From: Pocillopora damicornis
Taxonomy: Eukaryota
Assembly (NCBI RefSeq): GCF_003704095.1
Contig: NW_020846214.1
Span: 1-64,000, forward strand
Direction of reading: 5' to 3'
DNA length: 64,000 nucleotides
Part shown: positions 51,001 through 64,000 of the stretch, piece after piece
How positions within the stretch are numbered: position 1 is the stretch's first letter
Layout of the letters: every line of letters starts with the position of its first letter
Position numbers and translations under genes: made by a program
The notes under the pieces: generated by a model
Told to the model about the DNA's origin: nothing
Databases searched by the model: none
What the model saw: only the letters and a program-made list of their open reading frames with translations

Positions 51001-54000
51001 ATAAATTTTGTCAATTTTACACACAACTGAAGTTCACTACAAGACAGTCAGATCAGTTACAGAGTTAAATGATTAACCACTCATATCTTATAGAATTATA
51101 GAATTTTTTTTCTTGTATTGGTGTTAAAAGCAAGTCCAGTGGTTACATCAAGATAATTCCACTTGAGTCTAAAAGCATTTATTATTAAGAATTTATTTGC
51201 ATGGTGAACATACAATACAATGCAGCTGTTCTATAAATTGAATGGAAAAGTTACCTCCCTCTTGTAGAAACCTAAAGCTTTGCGGAAAGACTTTGCCTGA
51301 CAGTACAGATCACCAAGGGTGTCCAATATTTTAATTTGTTCATCCAGAGAAAATTCTGAGAGTTTAGCCCATTTTCTCTCAAATCTAATTCCCTTTATGG
51401 CTACAAAGACAAAACAAGTGAAAGGATAAGAATGCTGTGGTTTAGTAAATGACATATGAAAAAAAATGGCCTCAGATTTGGCTTTACCTGTTGCTAAACT
51501 TGATTTCAATTCCTCTAGATCATCAGATCTCTTGGTCTTATTAATAATGTATGCTTTCTTTAAATTACTACGAGCAGCTGAAAACTCCCCCAGCTTGAGG
51601 AAAACCTAACAAATAAGAAAGTACACATCAACAATAAATCTACCACTGTAAATGGTTTGAATACGTGGGTAATAATTGATCATGCATTCTAATTATCTGG
51701 ATAAGGGGGATCATGTAGGTGACAGTGATTGACATTTTGACAACCTCAGCAGCAGTTGTTGATAGAATCACACCAGGAGTTCTTTGCTTAGGATAAGCTT
51801 AAGTTTGGTTGGTAAAAACTGCTTGGCCAGTTTTAGTCTGTCAGTGAAGATATGTAGTTCAGTTTACTTCCCTACACTAATGCAATGAAGAAGTTATTTG
51901 TGGGGCATCATAGTGCTGTTGTTTCTGAGGGGTCTTTTCCAGGTCTGCTTTCAGCTTGGCAATTAGAAGTTTAAATCAATGTGACTGAGGCAGGTTCTGA
52001 TGTTGTTATTTGAACAACAAGACAGACATATAGGCACAAATAAATTTATTTATACAGGAAAGTGCAAGCAAATCCTCAGTCAAATAGGTCACCAACTTGC
52101 AGTTACAATGAAGTTACTTTTTTGTGACTGAGAGGTCCTGAACTTGTAAGTGCAGGTCTTGACACTTTGAACTACATAATTAAACTAACTAACTGTACTT
52201 CTTTTATAAGGAATCAAACAATAGCAGGAAATTCTTATGATTTTGAAGCTAGGTGTGATAGTGTGACATACAGGAAATTTATGATGCACATCCTGTGTGT
52301 GGGATGATTTGATTATCAATAGGAAATAGTTTCTGCTGATGTAACTCTAAAACTATGACAAAAATGTCATGTATTTTGTGAGCCTGGTCACATTAAGTTA
52401 CAGTTCAACTTAATTTGCAGAAATGTGGGGTTCAGACTTGTTGTGACTGACAGTTGTATATCACGAATGACAAAGTTAAGTCACAGGTTTATTTCTTTCT
52501 GTATTATTTAATAGATCATCTAATACCCCATTCACCCCAACACTTAAACATGAAGTGGTAAATAAAAGAGGTTAACTCCTAAAGTACCTTTCCCAACAAA
52601 GCCAAAGCATCTGCCTCATCAAACTTGTTGTTTCCATGTCTGGCCACCAGTAAGGCCTGTTCAAAGCACCTCAAGGCATGTGCATCTTGATCAGATTTCA
52701 TTTGAATACCACCAATTGCTAGCAGACAGCGGTACTCAGTGTCCCTCAAACCTTGATCCCTGTAAATGTGAGAACACAAAGCCTCAGTATGGTAGAGTGT
52801 CAAAAAATACCCAACACATCAACTTACAGTATTTATTGAAGCTTGCTGAACTCAGTTCCACACATACATTTAATTCAGGTATAAAAAGGCTTACCAGTTG
52901 ATCATCATCAAGAATATGATAGAGGTCAATAAACCACCTTAGTGAATTTTGAAAGCTGATGTTTCAAGCATTAATACATTGTAAATGGAATAAGAGATAT
53001 GGTGAGTTTTTAGTGGAGAAGAAATAGAGAAAGATGTTTTTCATCTTGTTGCAAGTGTGGAACAAACAATATATAGGCATGTGTAGCATGCAAGAGTTAT
53101 TGTTAGCAAGGGTGGAGGTTTGTGGGTTATGTACATTTTACAGGGAAAAATTTACAACTTAAACACGAACTATTTCTTGTTCCCAAGATGAAATCTTAAT
53201 TTGAAAGATAAACTTTTGTTCGCAAGTTTGTAATGTTTCTATGCACTTGATATAACAGCCACCATTCTACTTCTTTAACAAACTACCTGGTATTTTCATT
53301 CATTGATTTTGTATCTCTAATATCTTAAAACAGATGATCATGTTACACTTGTATATATCATTAGCCTACTGGAATGGAAGCTCAAGGCTGAGTTGAGGTA
53401 TTTGCTAACCTAGGGGGTTGCCATTCTATTAAGGGGGGAGGGGTTTGGCATTCTATCTGGGGGTGGGGGAATGGGTACTTGATAAATGCAGCTGGAAGCC
53501 TCTACCAACCACCTAAAATTTGCAAAGTGGCATGAGTTAAGCTCATGGTATTGCTTAGTGCTATGCTTATGCATTGTAATGTAATTATAGTCTACAACAT
53601 TAAGATCACTCATCAATTATACATTGCACAGAGAAAAATTACCTTGCAATAATCAAACCCTTCTCTATAAAATTCTTGGCTCTACTCAGATCCTTCTGGT
53701 TTTCATAAATTATACCAAGATTGAGATACAATCTTGACTTCATCTCTAACAATTCCTTTTGGGAAACACTTCTGTGTAGTTTGTCACAGACATCTAGACT
53801 TTTCAGGAATGCAGTCTGTGCCTCAAGAAGAAATTCTTCCACCTCATCACTATTGATTGCATCATCTGAGTGGACAAGCCATGTGCGCCCAATGGTGGCC
53901 AAAGCCCGCTGTTCTTCAACAAGATTTTTTGCTGACTGAGCAAGCTTTTGTGTGTTTAAAGTAAATAGAGCAGATTTTAGTAGTGGAAGTCTTGTGCATG

Positions 54001-55174
54001 AAGCAAGTTTACCTAAAAAATAATGGGACTAGCCATTGACCCACAAAGATTTGGTTGTCAAGTGATGGCTCTATATCTGTATTTTGCATCCCCAAAAAGC
54101 TACATAGTGGGAAAATTGAATGCATAGGAGGAAAAGAGCAATACCAGGCCTCATCTGTTTAGGTCACTCTTGTTATAGTCAACCAGGATGATGATGTTCT
54201 TTAATGAATTGATGGAAGTGCATGGAAGAACCCTCATTTCCAATAAAAACTAATTGACTAAGGCTCCATTTTAAGTTAGCTTTATCAGCATATTAATGAT
54301 GTCTGGGATGAAATAAATACAATTCAATTTAGAGATTCAGAGGGAATATTAAAGAGAGGGCATAACATTGTTGGCAACAATCTGCTACTGAGACTTACCT
54401 CAAGATGCAAGTTTTGGTGAAACAGAGCCTCCTTATATTTTTTCAGTGCACATAAACACTCTCCCACTTTTCTGTGAGCAATAGCAGCTCCAATAGTGTC
54501 TTGACTTGCTTCAGACAACTGCACTTCCCTTGTGTGTTCCTTAACAGCCTTTTCATAGAATCCTAAGTAAGTTGAATGATACACTTCACTTTACATCACA
54601 TGATATGCACCATGCTAAGTTAAGTTTAAATTATCTTTTAATCAGTTTTAATCTGAATGTAGTATGGGGTTGTGCGGAGATCTTTACAAAAACAAAGCGG
54701 TAGTCCCAAAGTCGCCATCGTTTCCTTTATCCAAGAACTGTGTGCATAATGAGGTATGTGGCTCTCCGGGCATTTTACCCTGAGTTATGAGTTTATTATT
54801 GATTATTAATGACATTTACCTCGTTTTATTGGTCGAATTCGTTCTGTTAACAAGATCTCACAATACGTAATCAAGTGTTCTCACCATAATGGAAAAGCAT
54901 TTCCCCAACAGCATTGCAGAGTTTAGCCTCTTCGGCTAGATCACCTTTTTCCTGCGCTTTGAGTTTTTTCTTCTTGAGCTCTAAATAAAAAACGTGCAAA
55001 AAAGAATCACGAACACGTTAAGACCTTCAATGTTTAATCTCGTCGATCTGTCTCCATGTGAACTTTAGATCTATCGATAGCTAAGACGCTATATATCTTT
55101 GAGTTGTTTGACAAAAAAAAGCAAGGCAAAAATAAGAACATACGTTTAAGCTCCCTTTCGAAGTTTGCTTCCAT
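40992..55174 (-). CDS. TONSL: Tonsoku-like DNA repair protein (TPR - ankyrin - UBL - LRR), more than 20 exons
   Basis: Starts [13 protein letters not shown] exons ([23 protein letters not shown]), three ankyrin repeats ([35 protein letters not shown]), UBL ([16 protein letters not shown]) and C-terminal RI-like LRRs occur in the canonical order. Confidence 0.95.
45069..45091. repeat. (TC)n microsatellite in a TONSL intron
   Basis: Directly visible. Confidence 0.9.
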
Positions 55175-55606
55175 CTCCAGTGATCGGTAGTGTTCATCTA
55201 TTTTCCATATTATTGAGAATACAAAAAGTTATTTTTTCAGAAAACTTCCATCGACGTCTTCAAAAATGGCGGGTTTTGCAAGACTGGTACTCAGTCTACA
55301 GCTGAATAGCCTCGTACAAGCCTCGCTTTGATTTGGGAGCGACCAAACCTCCCACGATTCTCTTCGCTCGTCATCACGATGTTTATTGTTGACGAGGTCA
55401 GGGGACTTTGACGATGTATTCGGTGTCTTTACTTTTGTGTTTATTTTTAATGTCGCAACAGGAATCGATTAGATTTTAGCTCGGGAGGGAAGTACAGCTC
55501 AGGATTGCTGACTCAGTTATATAATTGTTTTATTCCGAGCGCGTATAATTGTCAGCAACGGGTATTTGTTTTGCCCTCTTCGAATTTTACTTGCGGACTT
55601 CTCAAA

Positions 55607-56353
55607 ATGGCGTCCGTTTTTCGAAAACTGGTTAGACGTGAATCCCGCAACGGAGAAGGTAGCGATAAGAGTGGGTGTAAAACAAAGGGAAACTCGGACC
55701 TCAAGAGCGAAAGAAAGGATGGGGAATTTAGCAATCAAACTCAAGAAAGCAGTACAGAAACAAGACACCTAAATTCTTTGCCGGCGAAAACCGCAGGGAG
55801 TAATGGTGTGAAAACAAGCGATGTGAATGAAATGTCTTCCTCTCATGCTCAAAGGGTTCGAGCAAAGCGACTCATGAAAGAATTTCACGATGTAACTGTG
55901 CGTTGTGACAACAAATTATTTTCAGCAGAACTTGTGGAGGATAATCTTTACGAATGGAACGTGAAATTATACAAAATCGACACAGATAGTTTGTTATATA
56001 GGGATATGGTTGAAACTGGAACCAAGTTCATTCTATTGAATATTACATTTCCCGATAATTTTCCCTTTGCGCCTCCGTTTATGCGAGTTTCTGCGCCGCG
56101 AATCGAAGGAGGCTTCGTTTTAGACGGTGGAGCGATTTGTATGGAGCTATTGACTCCCAAAGGATGGAGCAGTGCTTATACTGTTGAGGCTATAGTGTTA
56201 CAGTTCTCTGCTGCCGTTGTGAAAGGTCAAGGACGAATCGACCGATCAACCAAAAAGGCATTCTCTAAGAAAGAGGCAGAATCTGCTTATAAACGATTAG
56301 TGAAGACGCATGAGAAATATGGCTGGGTAACACCACCGAAATCAGAAGGTTAG
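55607..56353 (+). CDS. UBE2QL1: Ubiquitin-conjugating enzyme E2Q-like protein 1, intronless CDS, 248 aa
   Basis: FPDNFPFAPPFMRV..PRIEGGFVLDGGAICMELLTPKGWSSAYTVEA...LVKTHEKYGWVTPP. True start is probably aaaATGG at 55607; the ORF track starts at a TTG. Confidence 0.93.
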   Translation: MASVFRKLVRRESRNGEGSDKSGCKTKGNSDLKSERKDGEFSNQTQESSTETRHLNSLPAKTAGSNGVKTSDVNEMSSSHAQRVRAKRLMKEFHDVTVRCDNKLFSAELVEDNLYEWNVKLYKIDTDSLLYRDMVETGTKFILLNITFPDNFPFAPPFMRVSAPRIEGGFVLDGGAICMELLTPKGWSSAYTVEAIVLQFSAAVVKGQGRIDRSTKKAFSKKEAESAYKRLVKTHEKYGWVTPPKSEG

Positions 56354-59118
56354 AGCTGTAAGAAATGTTGTGTTCAATCCGGTGGAGGTATTTCCAGTGG
56401 ATCCTACTGAATCAAGACCGGCTTATTTTCAATTCGCAAAATTTCTAAATCGATATTGTGGTTCGCTGGTCAGCAACAAACATTCTGCATCAGGCTGATT
56501 CTAAATGAAGTTTGCACTCATTGAATCACTCAGAATTAAGAGATTGTCAATTGGATAATTTTTTTTCGGAGATTCAGAAATTCTTTTATTTTTGAATAAC
56601 ACATCACTTAGTGGTAAATGCTGAAAAACAGAGTAAAATCATGTTTCATTTACTTATTTCAAACTTACTTGTGCCTCCTGCCACATCACATTTTCTAGTC
56701 AGGTCTTAAGTAGTTTTTTGGACAAGTTCTATTCAAGAGAAAGTGGATCAATTGGAAATTCAATCATAGAAAAGGTATTGATGGAAAGTTCTGTTAACTA
56801 TAGGCCTCTTTTTCTCCTTATAGCACAACCTTTTTAATGTGTACTCAATAAAATAATGTATAAAGTTATACCCAAGTAAAAATTAAAAAAATGAATAGGC
56901 AAAATTTTCCTATTGAAAAGCAACCAGCAGATAATTTGTAAATATGCCACTGCATTTCAGTCACAATTCCTTTTTTTTTGTTAGTTGTTGTGCTATAGAA
57001 GCAGTAATTTGATTCACACAGCACTCTGTTATGTTCCTTTTCGTATTAGGAAAATGTGTTGTGTTTTGTTAAATCCCTTAAAAATTAAACTGATGTCAAA
57101 TTAGACAAAATATCAACTACAAAGCTATAAAAAATAATAAATGCATTTGGCTTTCATTGTGGTATGGAGAAGTTAATGCAAACATTACATTGCCACCTGC
57201 ACCAAAGAATACAATGGCTTTATGAACTGCTTTTTTTTTTACATCATCAAGTAAAATAGAAATCACTGCAGAAACTCTGTAAAGTAACAAAATCAATTTT
57301 CAGAAGCATAAACCACATGACACTGCATTAAGTGTTGTAAGTTATATTGGAAGGGTATTTTTTATAGTCAGATGTGTCAACAGATGTAATTACCATGTTT
57401 CATTCTGATAAGCCAGTGCAAGAACAGGGGAACCATTAGCAGTGTTAATTGTTTGGTATGAATGCTCTGGAAAGTCTTTGTAATTCAAATGTATTCCCAT
57501 TGGAAAAGCACTTACTAGCAATTCCATTCAACTTTTTTTTTTCTTTTTACATAGGTATGGTTACTCTTAATGAGTGGTGTGAAAAAATGTCTTCTGGGAA
57601 TGGAGTAAACACATTTTATTAACAATTAAATATTAAACAAAATTCAAAATCCTATTTAAGGAAATAATTGCTTTTGCAAATTTAGAAATCTATCCTCAAA
57701 TTTTCAAGTTTTTCATTTGAAATTCTTGTTCACCTCAACCATTCTTGCCTACACTCATTCTTTTAAAATTTTTCTTGCCTTACTGGAGATTTCCTTCTTG
57801 TTAAACTACTATTTTAAGGGTTTTCATTTATTGAAGGAAATTTTCTGTAGCTGTGTAGCATGAAAATTTTGCAGGTTGTCCTAGATTTGCAAAAAATTTG
57901 TTCTCATAAATTGAAATACTATGAAATGTTTGTGTTGCCAGTCCAATGTAGAACTTTGCATGTAAACCAGGTAGCGCTTGGTATTCAAAATTGGACTTAG
58001 GAAACTATCTGTCTATGAATCCACTATGAACATTTAGTTCCCCACAAAATAACTAGATAATTTTGAAAAAAAGAACTTATAATAATTCTTTCTTTGGAAT
58101 TTCCTCCCTGAATTTAAAACCGAAAAATCCATTCCCAGCTGAATTTCCAGTCTTCTTGAACCATAAAAATTTGTGGCTGTAAAGGACCTGAAAAATTACC
58201 ACTGCAAAATTAACTTAAGCTCAATTTTATGCATCGTGGTTCACTTAATAGACCAATAAACTCAAAATTTTTATACTTCAGCAAGACAGTTCCTTTAAGA
58301 TTGCTTCTAGAAGTAATGAGATATTGACCATTCATTCTTGAATGTAAAAAGAAACTCCAAACGAAAATGTCTAGTGAGTAATTTGCATTGTAATTTATTT
58401 CCATTATTTTTTACGTTAAGCTACAATTATTACGATTGTCGCAAGTTTCCGTTCATTATTCCAGTCAGACTCTTGGGAACCAAATGAAGGAATTGATTTT
58501 AAATCACTGTTAATCTCTATATATTGTGGTTAATATTTCCGCTAATCACTACACAAATTATGACGATCCAAGAGTAACCTTTGTTCTATCTCGTCAGTTA
58601 ACACTCTTGCCTTGTAGTACTTCTTTCTAATGTCGTACGCAACACAAGTATGGAAATTGACCCTTACAAAATTTTCTGGCAGCTGCGTGAACTAATGTCG
58701 TATTAGTAATGAGAGATTAGACAACTTCAAAATGAGCCAACCCTTAGCTAGTAGTGGTCTGCCTCAATTAAAAAAAAAAACATTCTAAACCTTATTGAAC
58801 CTTTTGGATATTGATTATGCGTATACTAGCCATTGCAAGGCTCTTAGTGAGTAATTACAAGGGGAAAGTGGAAACGCGAAAAAAGGCAGGATTAAAAGGA
58901 TAGAAATGTCGCGATCTACATCACACGTGACTACATCGTGAGACAAACGAAAAACTTCGCCTTTAAGGATTAATTAGGCAGCTGATTCTCTCGTCTCCAC
59001 CGACTGAATTTCGTTTTCTACCTCAATTATTTAAAAGGTAAGTAAACTATGATGAAATTTGAATAATATTGTGAAGTTTCACATGTAACATTGATGGAAT
59101 TGCAGAGTTCCAGGACGC

Positions 59119-60312
59119 CTAGCTTTTTAGTGGCCTCTCTCTTTCCATACTTCCTGATGCCTCGAATGTGAGATTTGTATAGCTTACTTGGGCGTAGTCT
59201 TCTTTTGCAGGGTTTGTGTTGAGACAGTCATTAACTCGTGGTGTATTCTTCCCTTCCTGAGTACTAGAAACGTCAGTGAATGAATTGCATGTATCTTCAT
59301 CACGACTCAGTCTATTAATCCTTTGGGGAAATTGGTGAAAACGTTCCGGATCGGTGCCCCTTCTTTGGAAAAAGGAAACCAACACGCTGCTTTGTAAGAT
59401 CTTCGGTGGAAGTTTGATCAAGGTTTTAACGTAACTTTCTATGTCCGATTTTCGTTCTTCTGCAAGAGCTAAGTCACTTTTCCTGAAGATTTTTCTCCCT
59501 AAAAGAAAAGTAATAATATCTATTTTATTAAAATGCTCCAACAAATCCAATTCACCGGTAGCTCCCTTCGCGACAAAGTTTCAATATGTCACGCATTGTC
59601 CATAAAGTCACTTCCAATTAAACATTTATTATTGTACCTTAGAGTAGTTCCACACGCGTGAGCACTGGTTGCATTAAAGCGTGAAAGGGAATAATTAACC
59701 TAAAAAAGCCAATTTCCCTTGAAATGGCTAATTTTTGAGAGTTTCATACCCCCAGTTTGTGTCAAGTGAAAACATCTCCGTGTTGTCTCGGAGCCTGCAT
59801 TGGTAGCCTTAAGTTAGTCATCAAGTGAGTGGCTCCCTAAGGGTCAACAGGTATTCCGGCCCAAAGTTAGCTGTTTAGTCATCATCTTAGTGTTATATAG
59901 TCGGAAATAATGCGATATGTGCTATCAAAATGTGTGGCTTCATGTGATGCCCATATATGTAGACCAACCAAACAACTCCGTGCTCTAAACACCGATTTTA
60001 ATTTTGAGCACCCTCCCGATGCCACGAAAACGAGCAGTGAAACCCCTTTTTGCTGCTCAGCTGCCTTTATGTTTCAGCCGCACCTGGGAGGTAGGGAATA
60101 ATCCTTGCAAATCCTCTAACAGAGCCAGCTTCCTCAGGAAAAGAGTCCAATAACCTGCATTGAAACTCAAAGAAATCATTGTAGCTCCGCCAGATGTCAC
60201 AACTCGAGCCGTCGGACCAATCCACGCAAAAAACAAACGCGTATTGTTTCTTTTTACTTCCAACCAAGCGTTCTTTGATTGAATCGAGTTCTGCCCCAGT
60301 GACATATATCAT
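59119..60312 (-). CDS. PX-domain-only protein related to the SH3PXD2/NCF1 PX domain, 2 exons, 202 aa
   Basis: Exons 60312-60084 and 59498-59119 are in frame: KQYAFVFCVDWSDGS...IWRSYNDFFEFQCRLLDSFPEEAG.....RIIPYLP|GRKIFR...LAEER...IESYVKTLIKLPPKI......SFF, then a low-complexity tail. Confidence 0.88.
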
Positions 60313-60944
60313 TGCTATACCTATCGTTTTCGTCGTTCAAAAAGTCTGTAATAGCAGGATGTTATTTCTTCTCTCAGCCAACTGATCTTTGAAAATATGG
60401 TTTGGTTTTTTTCAGTCACACAATTGTTGTAACGCAAGTTGCTCGCGGGTTTAACAGCTTCCGGTTAAAACCTTAGGAAGGAAGTCACCGTTTTGTGTCA
60501 TATTTTTTTTGAGAACCTTATCTGTGATTAGCAGACAGTGTCCCTTTCCTAGGAAATGAGAAATGTTATAGGCAGACTCCGGTGAGATTTACGGACATTC
60601 TTTTTGAAGAGTTTTTTTTCCAGAAATATTAATTATAGAGCGTTTCGTCGATAAACACCAAATTTATCCTCTAAATGGCTTTCTAAAATATGGAATAAAA
60701 ACTTTAAGAGTTAAGTGAAAGTAAAAACTCTGAGATTCAAAGATAGATTTTACTTCGTATATTCATTACCTCTGAAATCATTTGTGTAATTTCAATTCTT
60801 TTTGTTTCCTTTAACCCTTTTCGTTCAAGAAAGACCTAAATAAGAAAGAAGGTAAGCTTTACTACTCATTGTGAGGGTTAAACATCATAAAATCTGACAT
60901 GCACAGAAATATCTCGAATATTTAACCGGAGATTGTTAGGAACC

Positions 60945-61022
60945 CAACAGGAAGCAACAAAAAAACCGGAAGTAGCTGTGAGACGTAATTGCGAATTGCC
61001 GTCATCCTCTCTCCTTATATGG
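60945..61022 (+). promoter_or_regulatory. ETS sites plus CArG box upstream of the PPP1R16-like gene
   Basis: ACAGGAAG (~60948), ACCGGAAGT (60965-60973), CCTTATATGG (61013-61022). Confidence 0.5.
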
Positions 61023-61231
61023 GAAGCGGAATACATTATGGTGGCTCGCCTCTAAACTAAATACAAGATTTGCATAAACTTTCCAGACAACACACTTCTT
61101 TTGAAAGGTCGCAGAAATTCTCGGACGGATTTAGCAAACACGGAGGAGATCAATGGCTAAAATGTTACTGTAATAAAACGCTGTGATTTTCCGCGAGGAT
61201 TTAATTTCGGTGTTGTCACACGCGCGTTGTA

Positions 61232-63978
61232 ATGGCGGATCATTTAGAACTTGTGGGTGAAATTCCGAAGGTCGAGAAACTTTCCGTGCAAGATCGCCTA
61301 GAGCTCGCAAAGAAACGACGATCCCAACAACTGAGACGATGGGAAAGAGAGGAAGATGAAGAATTTGGTCCGCCACCGCCTAAAAAGAGACCTCAACGAG
61401 CAAAACCAGTGAAATTCGAACCTAGAATTATTCTGTTGGAAGCCGCTTCACGAGGTGATTGCGATGAAGGTTGGTACAGTCTAGCTTTTGCACCGTGAAG
61501 TTTTGTTTGTCGATGGTAGTTATGTCTTCAGACTCTCCATATATATTGGGATTTTTAGATTATTGATGTTTCTCATCCAGTGAAAAAGATGCTTGATTAT
61601 GGAGTTGACCCAAACTTGGCAAATGACGACGGACTTACTGCTTTACATCAAGTAAGTGTTTATAAGGTTCCATGCACGATCTATCGTTATAAATATGCAG
61701 CTCTAATACCGAGAAAATCTTGTTTAGAACCTTTGGAACTTGATTGGGTGCAACATTTGACAACTAATCTCCAAACTGGGTCTGTGTTTATTTTTGTTCA
61801 CTATCAGAAAATTGGTGTTTGTTTTACAATTGAGCTAAATCATGTTGGAACATAACATTCAGTTGAAATTAATTTTCCCTGTCGATATTGATAACTTAGA
61901 GTTTTTCTGTTTTCTTTTGTATATTATCTTGACTTGAAATCTAGAGTACAATTTTTTTTTCTGAAATGTACAAGTGAATTAATGAATTTACCTGGACGTT
62001 TTTGGTAAATATGACGCACGAGCGAGATGGCATGAAATTGATTCACCTAAGCGAAGCAAAAAGCAATTTTATTCCTCTTAAAACATGATAAAATCATTCT
62101 TAGTCGGGGTTTCCGGTCGGTGGCTCGTGGGATTAACGTAATTTTAATTTCTAATTACATTGCGACGACTTTTAAAAGTATTATTCAGATTAAATTTGGA
62201 TATTTGGCTGATTGACGTAAAAAGTAACCGCGACAAATTACTGAGTCATGGCTTTTTCGTTAATTTTTTCTCTCAGCTTACAATATTATTGAATTCTAGA
62301 GTCAAACCACTATTTTGTTGGAAATATCAAACCATTTTTGCTTAGTGGTGCTTTTTTCCGTTACAAAAAACGTTTCGCATAGATTTCTAATCATGAAGCT
62401 AGTTCATGTGTTCATTCGCAGCTGGAATTTCATCGGTTAATTTGTTTGCTTAGTAGGCCGGTCTGGAGATGTTTACATAAGGAAATGTAATTTTACAAAG
62501 TTCTTCTTTCAGTGTCGACTAGATGAGAACTCTTGATATTTTTTTGCAATAAGAAACCCTACGAAATATGACCTTTAATTCAGGGTTTCTTGAATTGGCT
62601 TTTTTTATTTCAAATTTTCTTGCATTGCTGAAAAAAATTCGCCTTAATTATAATTGGTTCAAACGGCTTGGTGATATCTCAACAATTTTACGTTTGTACT
62701 TAGACAGAGGTGATAATAACCCATCAAAAGCACGAAGTAAATGAAATATGTGCACCTTTAGGTTTTTTGTATTGTTTTGTGTTCTTAAGTTGGGTGTAGT
62801 GCTCAAGAATCAAAGGAAGGTCTAAAATTGAGGTCAAACCAGAGATCAGAAAGTGACAGTTTATGTTTGTTTTGTCAAAATACTTACTCAACCCTCCAGC
62901 TCTTTGGAAAATAGAAACGATTTTAACAAAATTCAATTGATGTTTCTTGTTTTGATTTACAAGTACTTGATTGATGGCCCATTTATTCAATATAGGTAAA
63001 AAAATGGGACTTTTCTAAGTAGTTTGATTTAAAAAACAAAAAGTAGTTGGAAGTCTCAGTGAAATTAATCACTGTCTGTATTGTGATTGATTTTTTTTTT
63101 GTAATTTTGCAAGGCGTGTATTGATGAATGTGATGAGATAGCAGAACTTCTTGTGGGTTATGGTGCCAATATTGATGCAGAGGACCGTGAATTGTGGACA
63201 CCTTTGCATGCTTCAGCTGCATGTGAAAACTATTCAATGGTCCAGTATTTAGTAGAAAATGGTGCTGATGTTGTTGCTATCAATGCTGATGGAAACTTGC
63301 CAGTTGATTTGGTTGAAGAAGATGATGACCTGAAGAATTTCTTACATGAAGAGATGAACAAATATGGTGAGCCACTTTTTGTAAATAACTAAACAAAAAC
63401 ATGAACTGCCCTTTTAGTCATATAATATTTGATTGACAAACTACTCATAGATTCCATAAAAAGATTTCTTTAGATGACAAACCTTAAAATAGGAAAATTT
63501 TTGTGCACAAAGTAGGTGGTAAAAATGTTCTGACAGCTGGCAATATCCCACTGCCTACTGATGACAATCCTGAACTTTTCAAAGACTGGGCCTGAACATA
63601 GTTAAGTTTTGATTGACACCGCACATGAGTGCAGCAATGCATGTCACTTTTGAGGGTGTGTTCTTTTTCTTAGAAAATATGTAAGAAAATAAAAAACAGG
63701 TTTGTTTATAGAAAGAAAGCCTGTAATTGTGACATAGTCCACTAAACTTCTATTGCCATGGAGTCATTCCCAAAAATTTAAGAAATTTTGAGTTAATATT
63801 TACAGGACTTTACCACAAGTTCAATAGTGTGGCTCACTTTATCTTGATTTCAGGTTTCAATGAAGATAAGATCAATGAACTTGCTATTTTAAGAGAGACA
63901 CGGATGCTTGAAGATATTAAAGACGCAGTTGAAAAGAAAAGAGACTTGGAAATCAAGGATATGCAAGGTGCAACAGCG
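61232..63978 (+). CDS. PPP1R16A: Protein phosphatase 1 regulatory subunit 16 (MYPT3/TIMAP family), first 4 exons, continues beyond the window
   Basis: Exons 61232-61469, 61581-61651, 63114-63366, 63854-63978: MADHLELVGEIPKVEKLSVQDRLELAKKRRSQQL, RVxF-type KPVKF, LLEAASRGD, ANDDGLTALHQACID, WTPLHASA. Cannot separate 16A from 16B; probably a co-ortholog. Confidence 0.88.
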
Positions 63979-64000
63979 GTAAGTTTTTTACATTGAATTC

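Overview
Eukaryotic (intron-containing, AT-rich) genomic window. The repeat content and gene style suggest a cnidarian, probably a stony coral (inference). It has two halves. Positions 1-25 kb hold every assembly gap and are a graveyard of decayed elements: piggyBac, Academ/AcademH with RecQ helicase, CACTA/EnSpm, a CR1/L2-type LINE, MULE, Penelope and Merlin, plus tandem, direct and inverted repeats. Positions 25-64 kb are gap-free and gene-dense, with strictly alternating strands: orphan coiled-coil gene(+), CNEP1R1(-), ATP5F1E(+), FBXL14-like(-), PSMG4(+), TONSL(-), UBE2QL1(+), PX-only protein(-), PPP1R16-like(+, runs off the window). The most novel-looking item is a pair of intact, inverted 4-exon paralogs (8853-9940 minus; 25581-26716 plus) that the ORF track shows only as fragments. 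Each encodes a 206-aa protein I do not recognise, with Gly2/Cys12 (possible lipidation), a long coiled coil, acidic Tyr motifs and a C-terminal ETFV class I PDZ-ligand motif; their 3' ends look homogenised by gene conversion. Also notable: a U12-type intron in CNEP1R1, an SH3-less Tks/p47phox-type PX protein, and very compact bidirectional promoters. Gene models were spliced by hand, and family names come from motif recognition, not database searches.
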